From: Chrysomallon squamiferum
Taxonomy: Eukaryota; Animalia; Mollusca
DNA length: 64,000 nt
Direction of reading: 5' to 3'
Assembly: GCA_012295275.1 (NCBI GenBank)
Contig: CM022677.1
Span: 14,570,001-14,634,000, forward strand
The notes under the pieces were generated by a model. The model saw only the letters and a program-made list of their open reading frames with translations. It was not told where the DNA came from and did no database searches. Shown piece by piece: positions 15,520 through 26,908 of this stretch (its first letter is position 1; every line of letters starts with the position of its first letter). Position numbers and translations under genes: made by a program.

Positions 15520-16210
15520 CTAAAATGTATTATACCATTTCTATCAATATCACCATCGTTGCCGTCGTAACGGCGTTGTTTCTAGCTTTCTAGAGTCCTT
15601 CTCATTATTCTTTAGTGGGCGAATCACCTCTTCAAATACATTATTGTGATTTCTAGTAATGTCGCCGTCGTTCCAGTATTAACGTCTTGGTTAATATCAC
15701 ACGTCACTGTACAGTATTTCTTTACTTAATACTACTAATATCACGTCACAGTTTTTATTTACTTAATATCGCTTTACTGTACATATTTATTTTGCTTAAT
15801 TTCTGCTACTATTACGTTACGGTTCAGTATTTATTTACTTAATACTGCTACTATCACGTTACTGTACGGTTCTTTTTTTTTACTACTGCTAATATCACTT
15901 TACTGCACAATATTTATTTACTTATCTCTGATAATATCACGTTACTGTACAATAGTTATTTAGTTAATGCTGCTCATATCACGTGACTGTACAGTATTTA
16001 TTTACTTAATGCTGCTAATATCACGTTACTGTACAGTATTTATTTACTTAATACTGCTAATATCATTTTTTTCTGTTCAGTATTTATTTACTTAATGCTT
16101 CTAATATCGTTACTGTACAGTATTTATTTACTTAATACTGCTAATATCACAATACAGTATTTATTTACTTAATACTGCTAATATCACAATACAGTATTTA
16201 TTTACTTAAA
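15520..16210 (+). mobile_element. Repeat element with an internal 42-bp tandem array (HINE/Helentron-like architecture)
   Basis: About 12 copies of tactgctaatatcacgttactgtacagtatttatttacttaa (15700-16210). The unique flank 'atcgttgccgtcgtaacggc..tagagtccttctcat' matches the reverse complement of 49370-49460. Confidence 0.6.
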
Positions 16211-16429
16211 AGGAGATTCTTCATATTTCGCAGAATAAGGTCCGCTACAGAGAGAAAGAATGAAAAAGAAAAAGAAAAATAGAAATGAAATAAAGTGTAA
16301 TGATTTTGGATAAAAACATTTTGTATCAATTAAAACTGACATTTATTCAAACACATTCATAAAATAAAATAAAAAAATAAAAAATGTGGAATAGCATAAT
16401 AAAAAATAGAAATGTCATAAAATGTCTTA

Positions 16430-16555
16430 ACATGGCGAGTTTGCATAAAGTAGTGACATCTAATTTGTACGTGTTTTGAAGAAGAAACAGAACAACTGCA
16501 GACAATACTTCAAAATCTTCATAATTTAAGAAGTGCGCCACTTCTAAATGACAGC
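16430..16555 (-). pseudogene. P4HA: Prolyl 4-hydroxylase alpha subunit, single exon-like fragment
   Basis: FLNYEDFEVLSAVVLFLLQNTYKLDVTTLCK resembles the P4HA N-terminal FP..ED..GAA.AL.RLQDTYKLD motif. It begins after a 'cattacag' acceptor. Confidence 0.65.
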
Positions 16556-16671
16556 TGTAATGCACATTTTAATCTGTTATTTTTTTTTTCTTGGGGAGTG
16601 TTTTTGTTTTCTTTTTTGTCTGTATGTTACTTTATTCTGACATAAACAAAGTATTAATATAAGAAATCCGT

Positions 16672-17350
16672 GAACATCTTCCAAGTTACGAAGATTTAAA
16701 AGTGGCCGCTGAGCTCTGTTTCGACTTCAAGACACGTACAAATTAAATGCTATACGATTAACAGACGGTTTTATATTTGAACGATATATACAGAGATTAT
16801 CAGCAGAAGACTGTTATCAATTAGGTCGCCTTGCATAGAAACTGAAAAAATACAAATATGTGCATATCTGGAGGACGATAAGTCTCGAAAAAGTTAGAAC
16901 AGAAAAAATTCAGAACGTATCTCGGTTAAAACTTCATGACTATGACATACACGGTAGAGAATTAGCGGGACAGATAGAGCAAGTTTTAAATTTGACAAAT
17001 GAACAGTTAATGTTAGCTCGTGGACTAGAATGTGCTCCGAACAGAAGAAAAAAGTATTCAAGTATATCAAAACTTAGGAAAGAAAAGAGAAAAAATGGAA
17101 GAGTTAAAGAAAAAACAACTTTCGATGCTCTCTGTCGTGGTGAAGACGTTATTAAAGTACGACAGCGACATCGTCTGAAATGTCGCTACCATTGCAATAT
17201 CAAAAACCGCTTCTAATTCTTAAGCCTGCTAAAGAAGAGATTCTGCATTTCTCACCGAAAATTGTTCTCTATCATGATTTTATCAGTGATGCTGCAATTT
17301 AAGACACTAAAACAGTTTCTATGCCACTTTTAAAAATATCTGAAATCAGT
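16672..17350 (+). pseudogene. P4HA: Prolyl 4-hydroxylase alpha subunit, intronless (processed) pseudogene, N-terminal half
   Basis: LPSYEDLKVAA/ALFRLQDTYKLN...LSAEDCYQLGRLA*...FDALCRGE..RLKCRY../KEEILHFSPKIVLYHDFISDAAI*. These hallmark P4HA motifs occur with stops and frameshifts and no introns. Confidence 0.9.
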
Positions 17351-18890
17351 TGTTATGAAAAGCAGCTTTTGAAATTAATGTTAAACTTGGAGGTCATGAC
17401 AGAGAAAGAAATATTAAAAAAAAAACACCAATTAAAACTTTAAAAAAAACACAAAAAAACGCAGACATCAATGACAGACTGACAACTGATAGACCATTGA
17501 CATTTGTAATAAAAAATATTCCTGTTTTATGTTATTTTAATCTTTAGAAATCTGCACTCTGTCTAAAACGGTATATCACGTTGTCTCAATGAATCATCCG
17601 GTTTTGACAGCGTGCACTGTATTTATTTTTATTATTTATATTTCAGTTATTTATCACATATTAATAGATACGGTATATTGTTTATAGTATGTAAACTGAT
17701 ATTCCTGGAAATACCTACACATTTACATTTATTACTCTTTATACAGCTATATACGACGTTTCGTTATCAGCGATTTTCTGTGGTGTGCAATGACTTACAC
17801 CGAGAACCCCACAAACAGAAGAAAGAAAGAAACTATAGCTGAAGGGAGATTACTCTCATATATTTTTTTAGTTCGGGGGGAGGCTGGATTTCTACTTTTA
17901 TTTGCGGTATTTGTTATTTATGGTTTTTTCAGTTAAATGTAGATTCTAAGAATCATGAAGAGTTGACTTCTTTATTAAATGCAGGTAATGGTAGAATATT
18001 ACTTTCTTGAATTTTTTTTTTTGCTTTTTTCGGGTTTCTTTTCCTGGCGCGCTGAAATATTAAATAAAAACATATGAAATTTAATATGTTTTAATATATT
18101 TGTGAAAATTCAATTTTACTGTGGTAACATTTCTTTTGATTATTAATATCAATGTGTGTGCGTGTGTGTGCGTGTCTGTTTAAAACTGTATTAAACAGTG
18201 ATTAAAGTGAATCAAGTGAAAAGTGACACAATGTAATGAAATAATGAGTCAAGGCAAATACATTTATGTTAGGCTATGAAATGACTAAATACATGAAGAT
18301 TAACAATGATAAACGATTTTATTACAGCATATTTCTATTGTGTTAGCGTCTGTAAAGATAAAAAGGAGTAAAGGAGGTGACTAGGGAAATGTTTCTCCAC
18401 ATCAGTGTGCCCAGACAGTCAATGCTGTCATAAAAGAGACAGGAACAAATTAATTTAAAAACTAACTTACAAGTACTCCTTTTTCTACTTTATTAGAAAG
18501 GTCACTGTGAAATATACGTTTGAAATTTACATTTGTATTAAAATATATAAAAACTGACCCAAACAAAACAAACAACCCCCGCCCAAGAAAGCTAATCTGA
18601 CTGCATCGTGCACAAACAAAGAAAAGAAAATATTAAAACTTTTCAAGTGTAGAACACTGGGTAGAAAATTTAAAAATAAATAAATAAATAAATAAAAAAA
18701 TAAAACCTTTATAATTAATAACCACTGGATGTAGATGAAAACAATATGTCGTTGTAGCAAGACTGAATATCAAATTACATTTTAATTTTTCATAATGTAA
18801 ATATTATTTCAGTGTTTAAATCGAATTGTCATCATTTTATTATCTTTATACGTCTTTCATATCTACTATCATTACTATTACTTTCTTTTA

Positions 18891-18926
<36 letters not shown>

Positions 18927-19498
18927 AATCCATATTTCTGAATTGTTATTTCTAAAGGTAAAATATAAAAGATTATTTTAACGTCGTTTTTAATTTACCT
19001 TGCGTTTTAGTTTTCTTGGATGAACTGGTTCTAAAAGACAAATATGAACCAATAAGACAGGTGTATCTAACATACTCTGATGAAAACTCACTAACGTATT
19101 TTTAAAAGCAAAAATGTATCATTTGGTTCTTTTTCATTCAAAGACGTATACAAAATAAAGCATACTTAGTTCACCTCTATACAAACATATTTTAAATAAT
19201 TTCATCAGAACAAAAATTGTTTGGTGGCATCCTAGGTATGAGCCCATACATTATATATGTCACTATTCTGATTTATGTTTGTGGGCGTCTTTTTATTCCT
19301 GTTTGTTTTTCTTTTCCATTTTTGCCAAACACTAACGGCATTTCAGACATTTGAGACAATTTCAAATGAAATAAATTCAAATAATAATAAAAATAAATGA
19401 TTCTTGTCTCACCTTTATCAGGATGTTTAGCAGTTTTTTCTGTTAAAATTAAATAAAAAAATAATAAAGAAAAACAACAACAATAAAATAATAAAAAC

Positions 19499-19551
<53 letters not shown>

Positions 19552-20280
19552 ATACCTAAGCTAACATTTATTTTTGTTATAAATACAACAAACAGGAAAG
19601 TGAAAAAGTTATGTACTTAAGAAAAAACAGAGTTCCGTGTGGCTAACTAGATTGATTTCGACTGCCTATATTAATGTTGAGAAAATTGTTAGATATCATT
19701 AGTTTAATTCAGCAAAGCAGTAAAATAGAAAAGCGTAGAAACCTCTACGAAAAAAGGATTTGATTCAAAACTACTAAAATAAGGTATAGTTTTCTTCAAA
19801 ACGATTTCGTTTTTCACCCATTGATTTCAGTGTAAAAATGACGAAATAATTTTCAACTAAAGATTTCCAGTGACGTAGAAGATCGGCGGGAAATATAAAT
19901 ATGTCGACTAGACATATCTCAAAAAGATCAAACCCAACGTTAGGCCTATAATTCCCACAAATATTTGTAACTACCGTCAATGTTTTGAACACACACGCTC
20001 ACGCACAGTCATGTACAAAGTTGGTTTTAAGCAAGATTTATTTCTATACTCTGGGATCATAATATCTATATGTAATATCATTTTAATGTGAAAACGTAGT
20101 ATAATAATTCTTCTAGTACTTCAACTGTTGTTATTTAAGCTGCTATTATTTAAACTCCAGCTGTTATTTAAGAAGCTTTACAAGACAACTTAGAAATGTA
20201 ATAGATCTGTAATTATGAGCATTATTTTTAATCAACGTTAGAAAAAGAATGGGTAACGAATGCAAACAGGGCTACAGACA

Positions 20281-20407
20281 TAGCTATTTTCATTTGTCAC
20301 CAGTAATCTATGTTTAATTACAACGGGAAGGTCTACGTTGTTCAAGGCCACCGAGAGACGTCCTGTCCGTCTCTTTACAATAATCTCTTACGTCTACAAA
20401 TCGTGCT
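20281..20407 (-). other. Highly conserved 127-bp exon-like island (copy 1)
   Basis: 125/127 identical to the reverse complement of 51784-51910. It starts after AG and reads ARFVDVRDYCKETDRTSLGGLEQRRPSRCN*. Confidence 0.6.
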
Positions 20408-20518
20408 AGAAACATTATCACATAAATCATATTTATTTTTAATTTTCTCGAATAGAAAATTATATTCATTTTAACAAAATATAACTTAATGACAATGGAC
20501 AGATGCAATGACAGATGT

Positions 20519-20577
<59 letters not shown>

Positions 20578-20646
20578 TTGATATGACCCTGTCATAGTTT
20601 GTATTCAGTTAATAAAAAATAAGGCGATATTTTTAATTAAGGATGC

Positions 20647-20974
20647 CGCTATTTACACTATAAATCACATAACATCACATAATTATAAACAAGTAAAAAC
20701 AAGCTGTCAGTTTTACTTAAGGATAACGCTATTTACACTGATAATTTTAACACTGAGTTACAAAAATAAAGTATAATAACGTGTCCACTATTTCTGTAAA
20801 AGTTTATGCGGTAATTTAGTTACATTGTGTTACACAGAACATTCATAGTTAGAGAGTAGCGGTGACTCCAACCATTCAGTATAATCTGTGGATCAAGCTA
20901 ATAACATGTAATACTAGTTAGACAGTGATGACGTGTAAAAATTAAGCAAAGTAAAATTATCAGTGTAAATAGTG
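20647..20974. repeat. Inverted-repeat (MITE-like) structure
   Basis: cgctatttacactgataatttt (20727-20748) pairs 21/22 with aaaattatcagtgtaaatagtg (20953-20974). An extra direct copy starts at 20647. Confidence 0.5.
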
Positions 20975-22130
20975 TATTTTCTTAATAAAAACACAACGTT
21001 ATTTTTATCTGGTTGCGATATTTTATTCCTGAATATTAACTGTACTTCTCAACTAGAAATATTAAGATGAATATGACTTCACATATAATTAATTATTTGC
21101 TATTATTTAACAATGTAACCTCAGCTTTTCAATACATACCTGTCTAGAAAAAGAAAATCAATATTTAACTATCAGGTGCAGCTAAAATCTAATCCAGTTT
21201 TGCTTAGTAACAAAGAACTGCAGTCTGGAAGGCCTCGTTATTTCTCAATTTCTCAATTTCACAACTATCCTTCTTGAATGAGATGATATTCAGTAAGTTA
21301 TACGACAAATTATACTGAAAATTACAGGTATGATTTCACTTGTTAAATTCAGAAATATAGATGGAACTTCCGTGTTATAATGTTTTTATAAATATCTGTA
21401 GCTTTATATGTGTCGTGAAACATATATCGAGAAATAAAGAGAGCGCATTTATAAGCACCAGAACATTTTCACTGAAAAACAAAACAGCAGAACTTTGTGC
21501 ACTAACTTCAGATACCGCTACGAAGTGTCCGTTTTATTAAAAATAACAAGATATTATATTTTACTTTGCTAATTCTAAATCGTATAATAAAAAGGTGTAA
21601 TTGTACTGTTCGTGAACTTAAATATTATATACACTACAGAAAATATTGATAACCACAGTTATCACTGAGAGTTATAAATGATAATTCTACATGCCGTTAT
21701 AAAAAGAAAAATATGAGAATTAATTATATTTACAGTTTGTAGGTTAAGTATGTTGACAAATGTTAATCTCATATTTTATTAATATCGTATGTTTATATAA
21801 GGTTATATTTAAAAATATCAGATTTAATTCTCTTGAATCACGATAGTGTGTACTGATTAGCTGAGAACAAAGAATGTTATTTTATTATGCGAAGTTTATT
21901 TGTTTTCATTACATTCATTAAAAGGTTGTATAGTGTAATATACTTTACATTTCTTATTATACCTGAAGTTCTCTTACTACATTAGATATTTATATCCGCT
22001 CCCCAGTAATTATCAATGAGTCAGTGAAGCAGACAGTTGTCACAGTCCTCTGTCAACAGCTAAATAACCACACCAATAATAACACTTAATATTTTTATTT
22101 TTTATTTTGTTTTTATTTCTCTGTAAAAAC

Positions 22131-22575
22131 GGAAGCTTCCTATATATGTCTGACGCTATTCTCTTAGTTTCATTAGAACTGTTCTGAGTGCGGATATAAA
22201 AATTACTTCCAATTTTTTATTAGGCCTCGTAAAGTTATCAGAGAAATCAGATTTATTCTTAGTGTATTGTTTCTGTCGAGATAAAATCTAAATACTTCTT
22301 TTTAAAAAAATATATAATAATGATAATAATAATAGTAAACTGATTTATGAGAAATCGTGAACTTTTACAAAACCACAGTTAACTATAGAATATCGATGTT
22401 TACACTGATAATGTTATCCATCGATAACTAAATATGTAGGGAGAGATGTAAATTGTGTCGCGGAATGTCATGTTACTGCGTCATAAAACAAAGTATCACA
22501 TTATGACACTGAAAGGTGCACAGTTAATTTTCAGTAATATCAATACAATAATAAATACAGTATTCATCTAGCACT
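22131..22575 (+). repeat. Block E (copy 2), without the hAT insertion
   Basis: Direct paralog of 1-633. It continues 'ttcatctagcacttcacg' where copy 1 enters the hAT TIR. Confidence 0.85.
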
Positions 22576-23696
22576 TCACGCGTTTCTGTATAGTCTTATT
22601 ATTGTTAATAATAAAATAACTTATTATTAAAGACCATAATTTTTCAGTATATAAGGAGGACATTAATTTGGGGGAAAATATAATAATATTAATATCAAAT
22701 GTCGTTTACAATAAAATATTTCCTTTTTCTGAAGCCTTGAATTGTTTTTGATCAGAGGACTGGTAAATTCATATCAAACGTTAAACAGATTTGTCGTAGC
22801 TGTGATGTTAGCTGAAAGCGTTTTTCAGGTTTCTGAATAAAGACCAAACATTAATTCTAAAAGTAAGGGTTCTTTTTAATATTATCACCTAAAAATGTAA
22901 AATGTAGTAGGAAAATGTATATACGCTCTGTGTGTGTGTGTGTGTGTGTGTCCATATCTATATTTCTGTATAAAAATGTAAACTTATCCTATTTAAATTT
23001 ATTTTGTGAATATGAATGTGTAAGTAAAGTGCCTTTTGTAAACTGCGAATGTGAAATGAGGACTCAATATTTTTATTGTAATGTACGCAAACTAACAAAA
23101 ACACGTTCCTTATGTCAGTTCAGGTATTTTGTTTTATGATTTACAGTCAGCGATCAAGTGGGTTAAGAGAATTTACATTATCCTCACTTGAAGAAATCAC
23201 AGTTGTTTTCACTCGAGTGTTTACAATAATCATGTTTAAAAAGGATATATTTTCAAAGATAGGTTTGATTGAACAAATTTCTTGTTTAACCAACACAGCA
23301 ATTTTTGAGATTACGAGTTCAAGATTAATGTGTAATGAAAATTATAAACAACATTCACAAATTTATTTCATTGGAATATTTAGATTACTGTTCAGAAATG
23401 TGTTCAAATTTTTTAGAGATGTTAAATTGCATTAATAACAGAAAAACAAATTTATCAACAAAAATTCAAAAACAATTAAAACAAGGCAAACAAAAATGAA
23501 AACAACATTAATTTATTTTAATAAATATCAACATTAGTAATTATAACATATAAACAACAAGTGTAAGTTAAATAGATATTTCTCTGTACAGAAGACAGCA
23601 GGTACAGATCTGGGGTGTGGTGTGTTAACATATTTGCGTGATGAGAAAATACCCCAAATATTTTCTTGCTCCTCTACCATATAACACCTTCAAATT

Positions 23697-23890
23697 ATTT
23701 CAACCTTACTCTTGTGGTGTAAAAAAAACAAAGTTACACATACTGGCTTTTTGACCAAATGAACTTTAAGACTTATGCTCCTTCGGGCGCAGCCTAAGCA
23801 CCTTCGGGGGTTAAAGTGCATTTGGTCAAAAAGCCAAAAGCCAGTATGTGTAACTTTGTTTTCTTTACACCACAAGAGTAAGTTTGAAAT
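23697..23890. mobile_element. Parvovirus-like Y-shaped terminal hairpin (ITR/telomere) of an endogenous viral element
   Basis: Arm 23697-23769 pairs with 23811-23890 (73 bp, 3 mismatches, one 7-nt aaaagcc bulge). The 41-nt GC-rich centre folds into two ears, tgctcc-TTCG-ggcgca and cacc-TTCG-gggg. It lies about 130 bp upstream of a capsid-like ORF. Confidence 0.8.
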
Positions 23891-23939
23891 ATATTATGAT
23901 TTTCACACATACATTTTTTTTCTTTGACATCATCAGTAT

Positions 23940-23965
23940 GTCACATGACTAATTTTTAATATAAA
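23940..23965 (+). promoter_or_regulatory. Putative viral VP promoter
   Basis: USF-type E-box gtcacatgac (23940-23949) and TATAAA (23960-23965), followed by an ATG with A at -3 at 24019. Confidence 0.5.
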
Positions 23966-24018
23966 TATACAACACTACTAAAATATTTCATTTGCAAATT
24001 AATATTGCATGAGATAAC

Positions 24019-26365
24019 ATGTTCACAGCTATTGGATTGATAGCAACCAAGCTAATTGAATCTGCATTTGACATATCAGTGGAATTTGCAACTGATGCAA
24101 CATTAGAATCTACAGCACCAGCAGTAGCAGAAATCATTGGCGCTGATAATATATTTCTCGACGAAGCAACTGGATTAGCACAAACGGTTGTTGAATATTC
24201 AATAGAATCTATTGCAGATTATACTAAGTCTCAGATCTAAAAAGCAGTTGAAGAATTTCCTTACGCTGTGCAAGGAACTAGTTTATCTGACAAAAATATT
24301 ATAAGCAAAGATAACGAACAACAGAAAGAAGAAGAGGAAGAAGAAGAGAACGTTACTTATATATTAATCGTTTTAATGCACAAAGGAAAACGTATATTGG
24401 ATAAAAAGGAAGTTACTCGTCTTTGGGCAATAGCATAATCTAAAGCATTAAATAATTACAACAGTTAAATGTGTCTAGGGATCAAGCTCAAGAAAACTGG
24501 TTACAGATTCGACGTAGATATCCAAATTTGCAAATACCGAATTCAGATTTGTATTCGGCAATAGATAATCTTTGACAAGAATATAACAATACTGAAGATT
24601 CGAATGAAGATGACCCTTTTGATTTGCCTTTATTCTCAGAAGACCACGAAAGACAAACAAAAGAAACAACGAAAAGACACACAGAAAAACCAATTAATCC
24701 ACCACCAAATAAGAAACGTAAAGAAAATCCACAGTTATCTACAACTGTATCTGAAGATGTCGAAAATACTGCAGCGAAAGGAACATATCTACAACCAGAA
24801 GAAAGTCTGATGAATCCTGATTCGGTCACAGGAAACGAAGTCTGTCAAACTGGTGGTAGTGAAGCTGTGCAAGGAGCACTAATGTTCTCTATCACAGATT
24901 TGGAGGAACAACAACAGCGGCTAATCCTAAGTACATCAAAGTAAAAAGAAAATTTAAACGTAAATTTACTAGTGTTTAAACTTCACTAAATTAAGAAAAG
25001 CAGAAATGAATGTTCTGAATAACGAAGTTCAAATAGGTTGGCCCAGTGCTATTGGAGATCCATCCGTATGTAAATGTACTTTTAATCATGTTGGTCATAA
25101 TAATACCTTATTGGTATAAACAAGCTAGTACTAAACCTGAAGATTGGAATTTACCAGATGAATTTGTAGGTTATAGAATTAAAAAGTTTGGATTCAATAT
25201 TAATAATATGATGATTCATGTTTTAAACAATAATAAGGCTGATCATAATGAAGTTCCTGCTATAGCTCCACCAAATGCTAGAGTGTGGACTTTTACTGAT
25301 ATCAACAAAAAATACAGGTGATTATAGTCATAATAAGTTATTTAGAGATGAAGAATGTATGGATCAAACCGATGAGCGAAGTATCAAGGTACAACCTGAT
25401 AGAAATATATGTTTGCCAAGTGATATAGGAATGCAGGTTTAAAATAATGCTTGTACACTGAAAAATGTACATAACCGACACCTAATTATATTTATGATTT
25501 AAAAAATCATGACGTTACAGAGAAACTGTAATTAGTGCAGGACGTTTGCTTTAGATTATGAATGTAAAAATGCTCCTCTAGTATAATTTCAGTCAAGTTG
25601 CTGGTAACGTAAAAAAGAGTAATTATTAATTTAGTAATGAAAGTGCAAAATATTTTGAAGTGTGGCCAACGGATGAAATAACAGTAACTGAAATCACTCA
25701 ACATCCAATGGGAAAAGCTATGACAGGTTATTTTAATCATCAGAATCAAAATGTTGATTATAAAGCATGTTTTCAGAATTTAGTTAGGTGAACCAGCAAT
25801 GGCAAATGATAGTAATCAAAATAAATTGATTTAAAAAGGTGTGACAGCAAATGATATAAGTGATCAAAATGTCAAAACAGAAATGGACGGAAGTCATCGT
25901 AGAACACATGAATGTAACAGACCACCAATGTTTTTGATAGGTATTTATCCGGATGTTGAAAGAACAACTAATGGTAACACGTTATTCTTTAATTATCACG
26001 CTAATCTTCAAATAACGCATTATAGTGAAGTAGAGTTCATAGTTAGGACTGGTATGTGTCCTAAATACATTCCTATTGGACTTGGTGGTTGCCCTGGTGT
26101 TATGAGAGGAATGTTTATACTGTGGTTGCTGGTAAAAAAGATAATATAAAACATACAGAACAAGAAATTTTTTTATCTAAAAATTCTGAACAATATTTCA
26201 AGAGAATTAAAAAATCTTGGCAGCTACGAATAGACGCTCCAATATGGGATAATTGGAATAGAAGAAAACCTAGACCGGCGGTTGTTTTGGCCTATACATG
26301 GTGTTTATGGTGATAGGACTGTCCCTATCGTTGGAAAAGAAAATGATTGGAAATATCCTTTATAA
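24019..26365 (+). pseudogene. Endogenous parvovirus capsid (VP1/VP2) gene, degraded, about 780 codons
   Basis: Stitched frames give an NLS-like PPNKKRK, a G/T-rich linker (TGGSE../RFGGTTTA) and KRKFKRKFT. FNHxW/IIPYWYKQASTKPEDWNLPDEFVGYRIKKFGFNINN...ARVWTFTD resembles AAV TPWGYF..SPRDW..WGFRPKRLNFKLFNI..VQVFTD and hamaparvovirus NTGWHIIP..TPKQW. RPPMFLIGIYP..YHANLQITHYSEVEF resembles AAV PPPQILIK..YSTGQVSVEIEW. The terminal stop is at 26363-26365. There are many stops and frameshifts. Confidence 0.8.
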
Positions 26366-26601
26366 ATTTCATTAAAATTAATTTTATTAATAACTATATT
26401 GTTATTTAATACAAAATTAATTTATTATATATTACATAAAATAAGGTTTAAACGAAGAGCTTAGTTTTGGACAATATTTAATTCTTCATTATTAATACCT
26501 TTTAAATGGAATACAATTTATTCTATTTTTATTTTTATTTATTATTATTATTATTGACAAAGGAAGATGTTATTTTAGTGATGAGCTTATCTATATTTAG
26601 T

Positions 26602-26703
26602 TGACGTCAGAAAGTCGAAGCTGATTGGTCAATTTGAATATTATTACGTCATTAGCAACTAGACAATTAGCAACAAAAGTCAGCTGCAGTTGTGTTTATA
26701 AAG
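26602..26703 (+). promoter_or_regulatory. Compact promoter-like cluster (CRE, CCAAT, CRE-like, TATA)
   Basis: TGACGTCA 26602-26609, ATTGG 26624-26628, TTACGTCA 26644-26651, two TAGCAAC half-sites and TATAAA 26697-26702, with an ATG at 26723. Confidence 0.45.
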
Positions 26704-26722
26704 CGAACAAAAAGTAGAAAAA

Positions 26723-26908
26723 ATGAAGTGGTTGTCTTGGTGTTGTCCATGTGTCAAGCGTCGAAGCCGCCAAAACGCTAGTACGAGCTTCTCAGAAAGA
26801 ACAAAGAGCTGTGCAATATTCTCACAGATTTATTGTATTAGAACGAAACAAACATTTGATTTGTCTGTCAGTCTGCTTTCCTTAGGTTCTTCTACAATAG
26901 AATACTGA
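26723..26908 (+). CDS. Small hypothetical ORF (61 aa, MKWLSWCCPCVKRRSR...)
   Basis: True ATG in an aaaATG context about 20 bp after a TATA box, and not low-complexity. I recognise no homology. Confidence 0.2.
   Translation: MKWLSWCCPCVKRRSRQNASTSFSERTKSCAIFSQIYCIRTKQTFDLSVSLLSLGSSTIEY

Noticed and set aside
23690-23875. 61-aa ORF with internally mirrored sequence
   Set aside because: It is a by-product of the palindromic hairpin.
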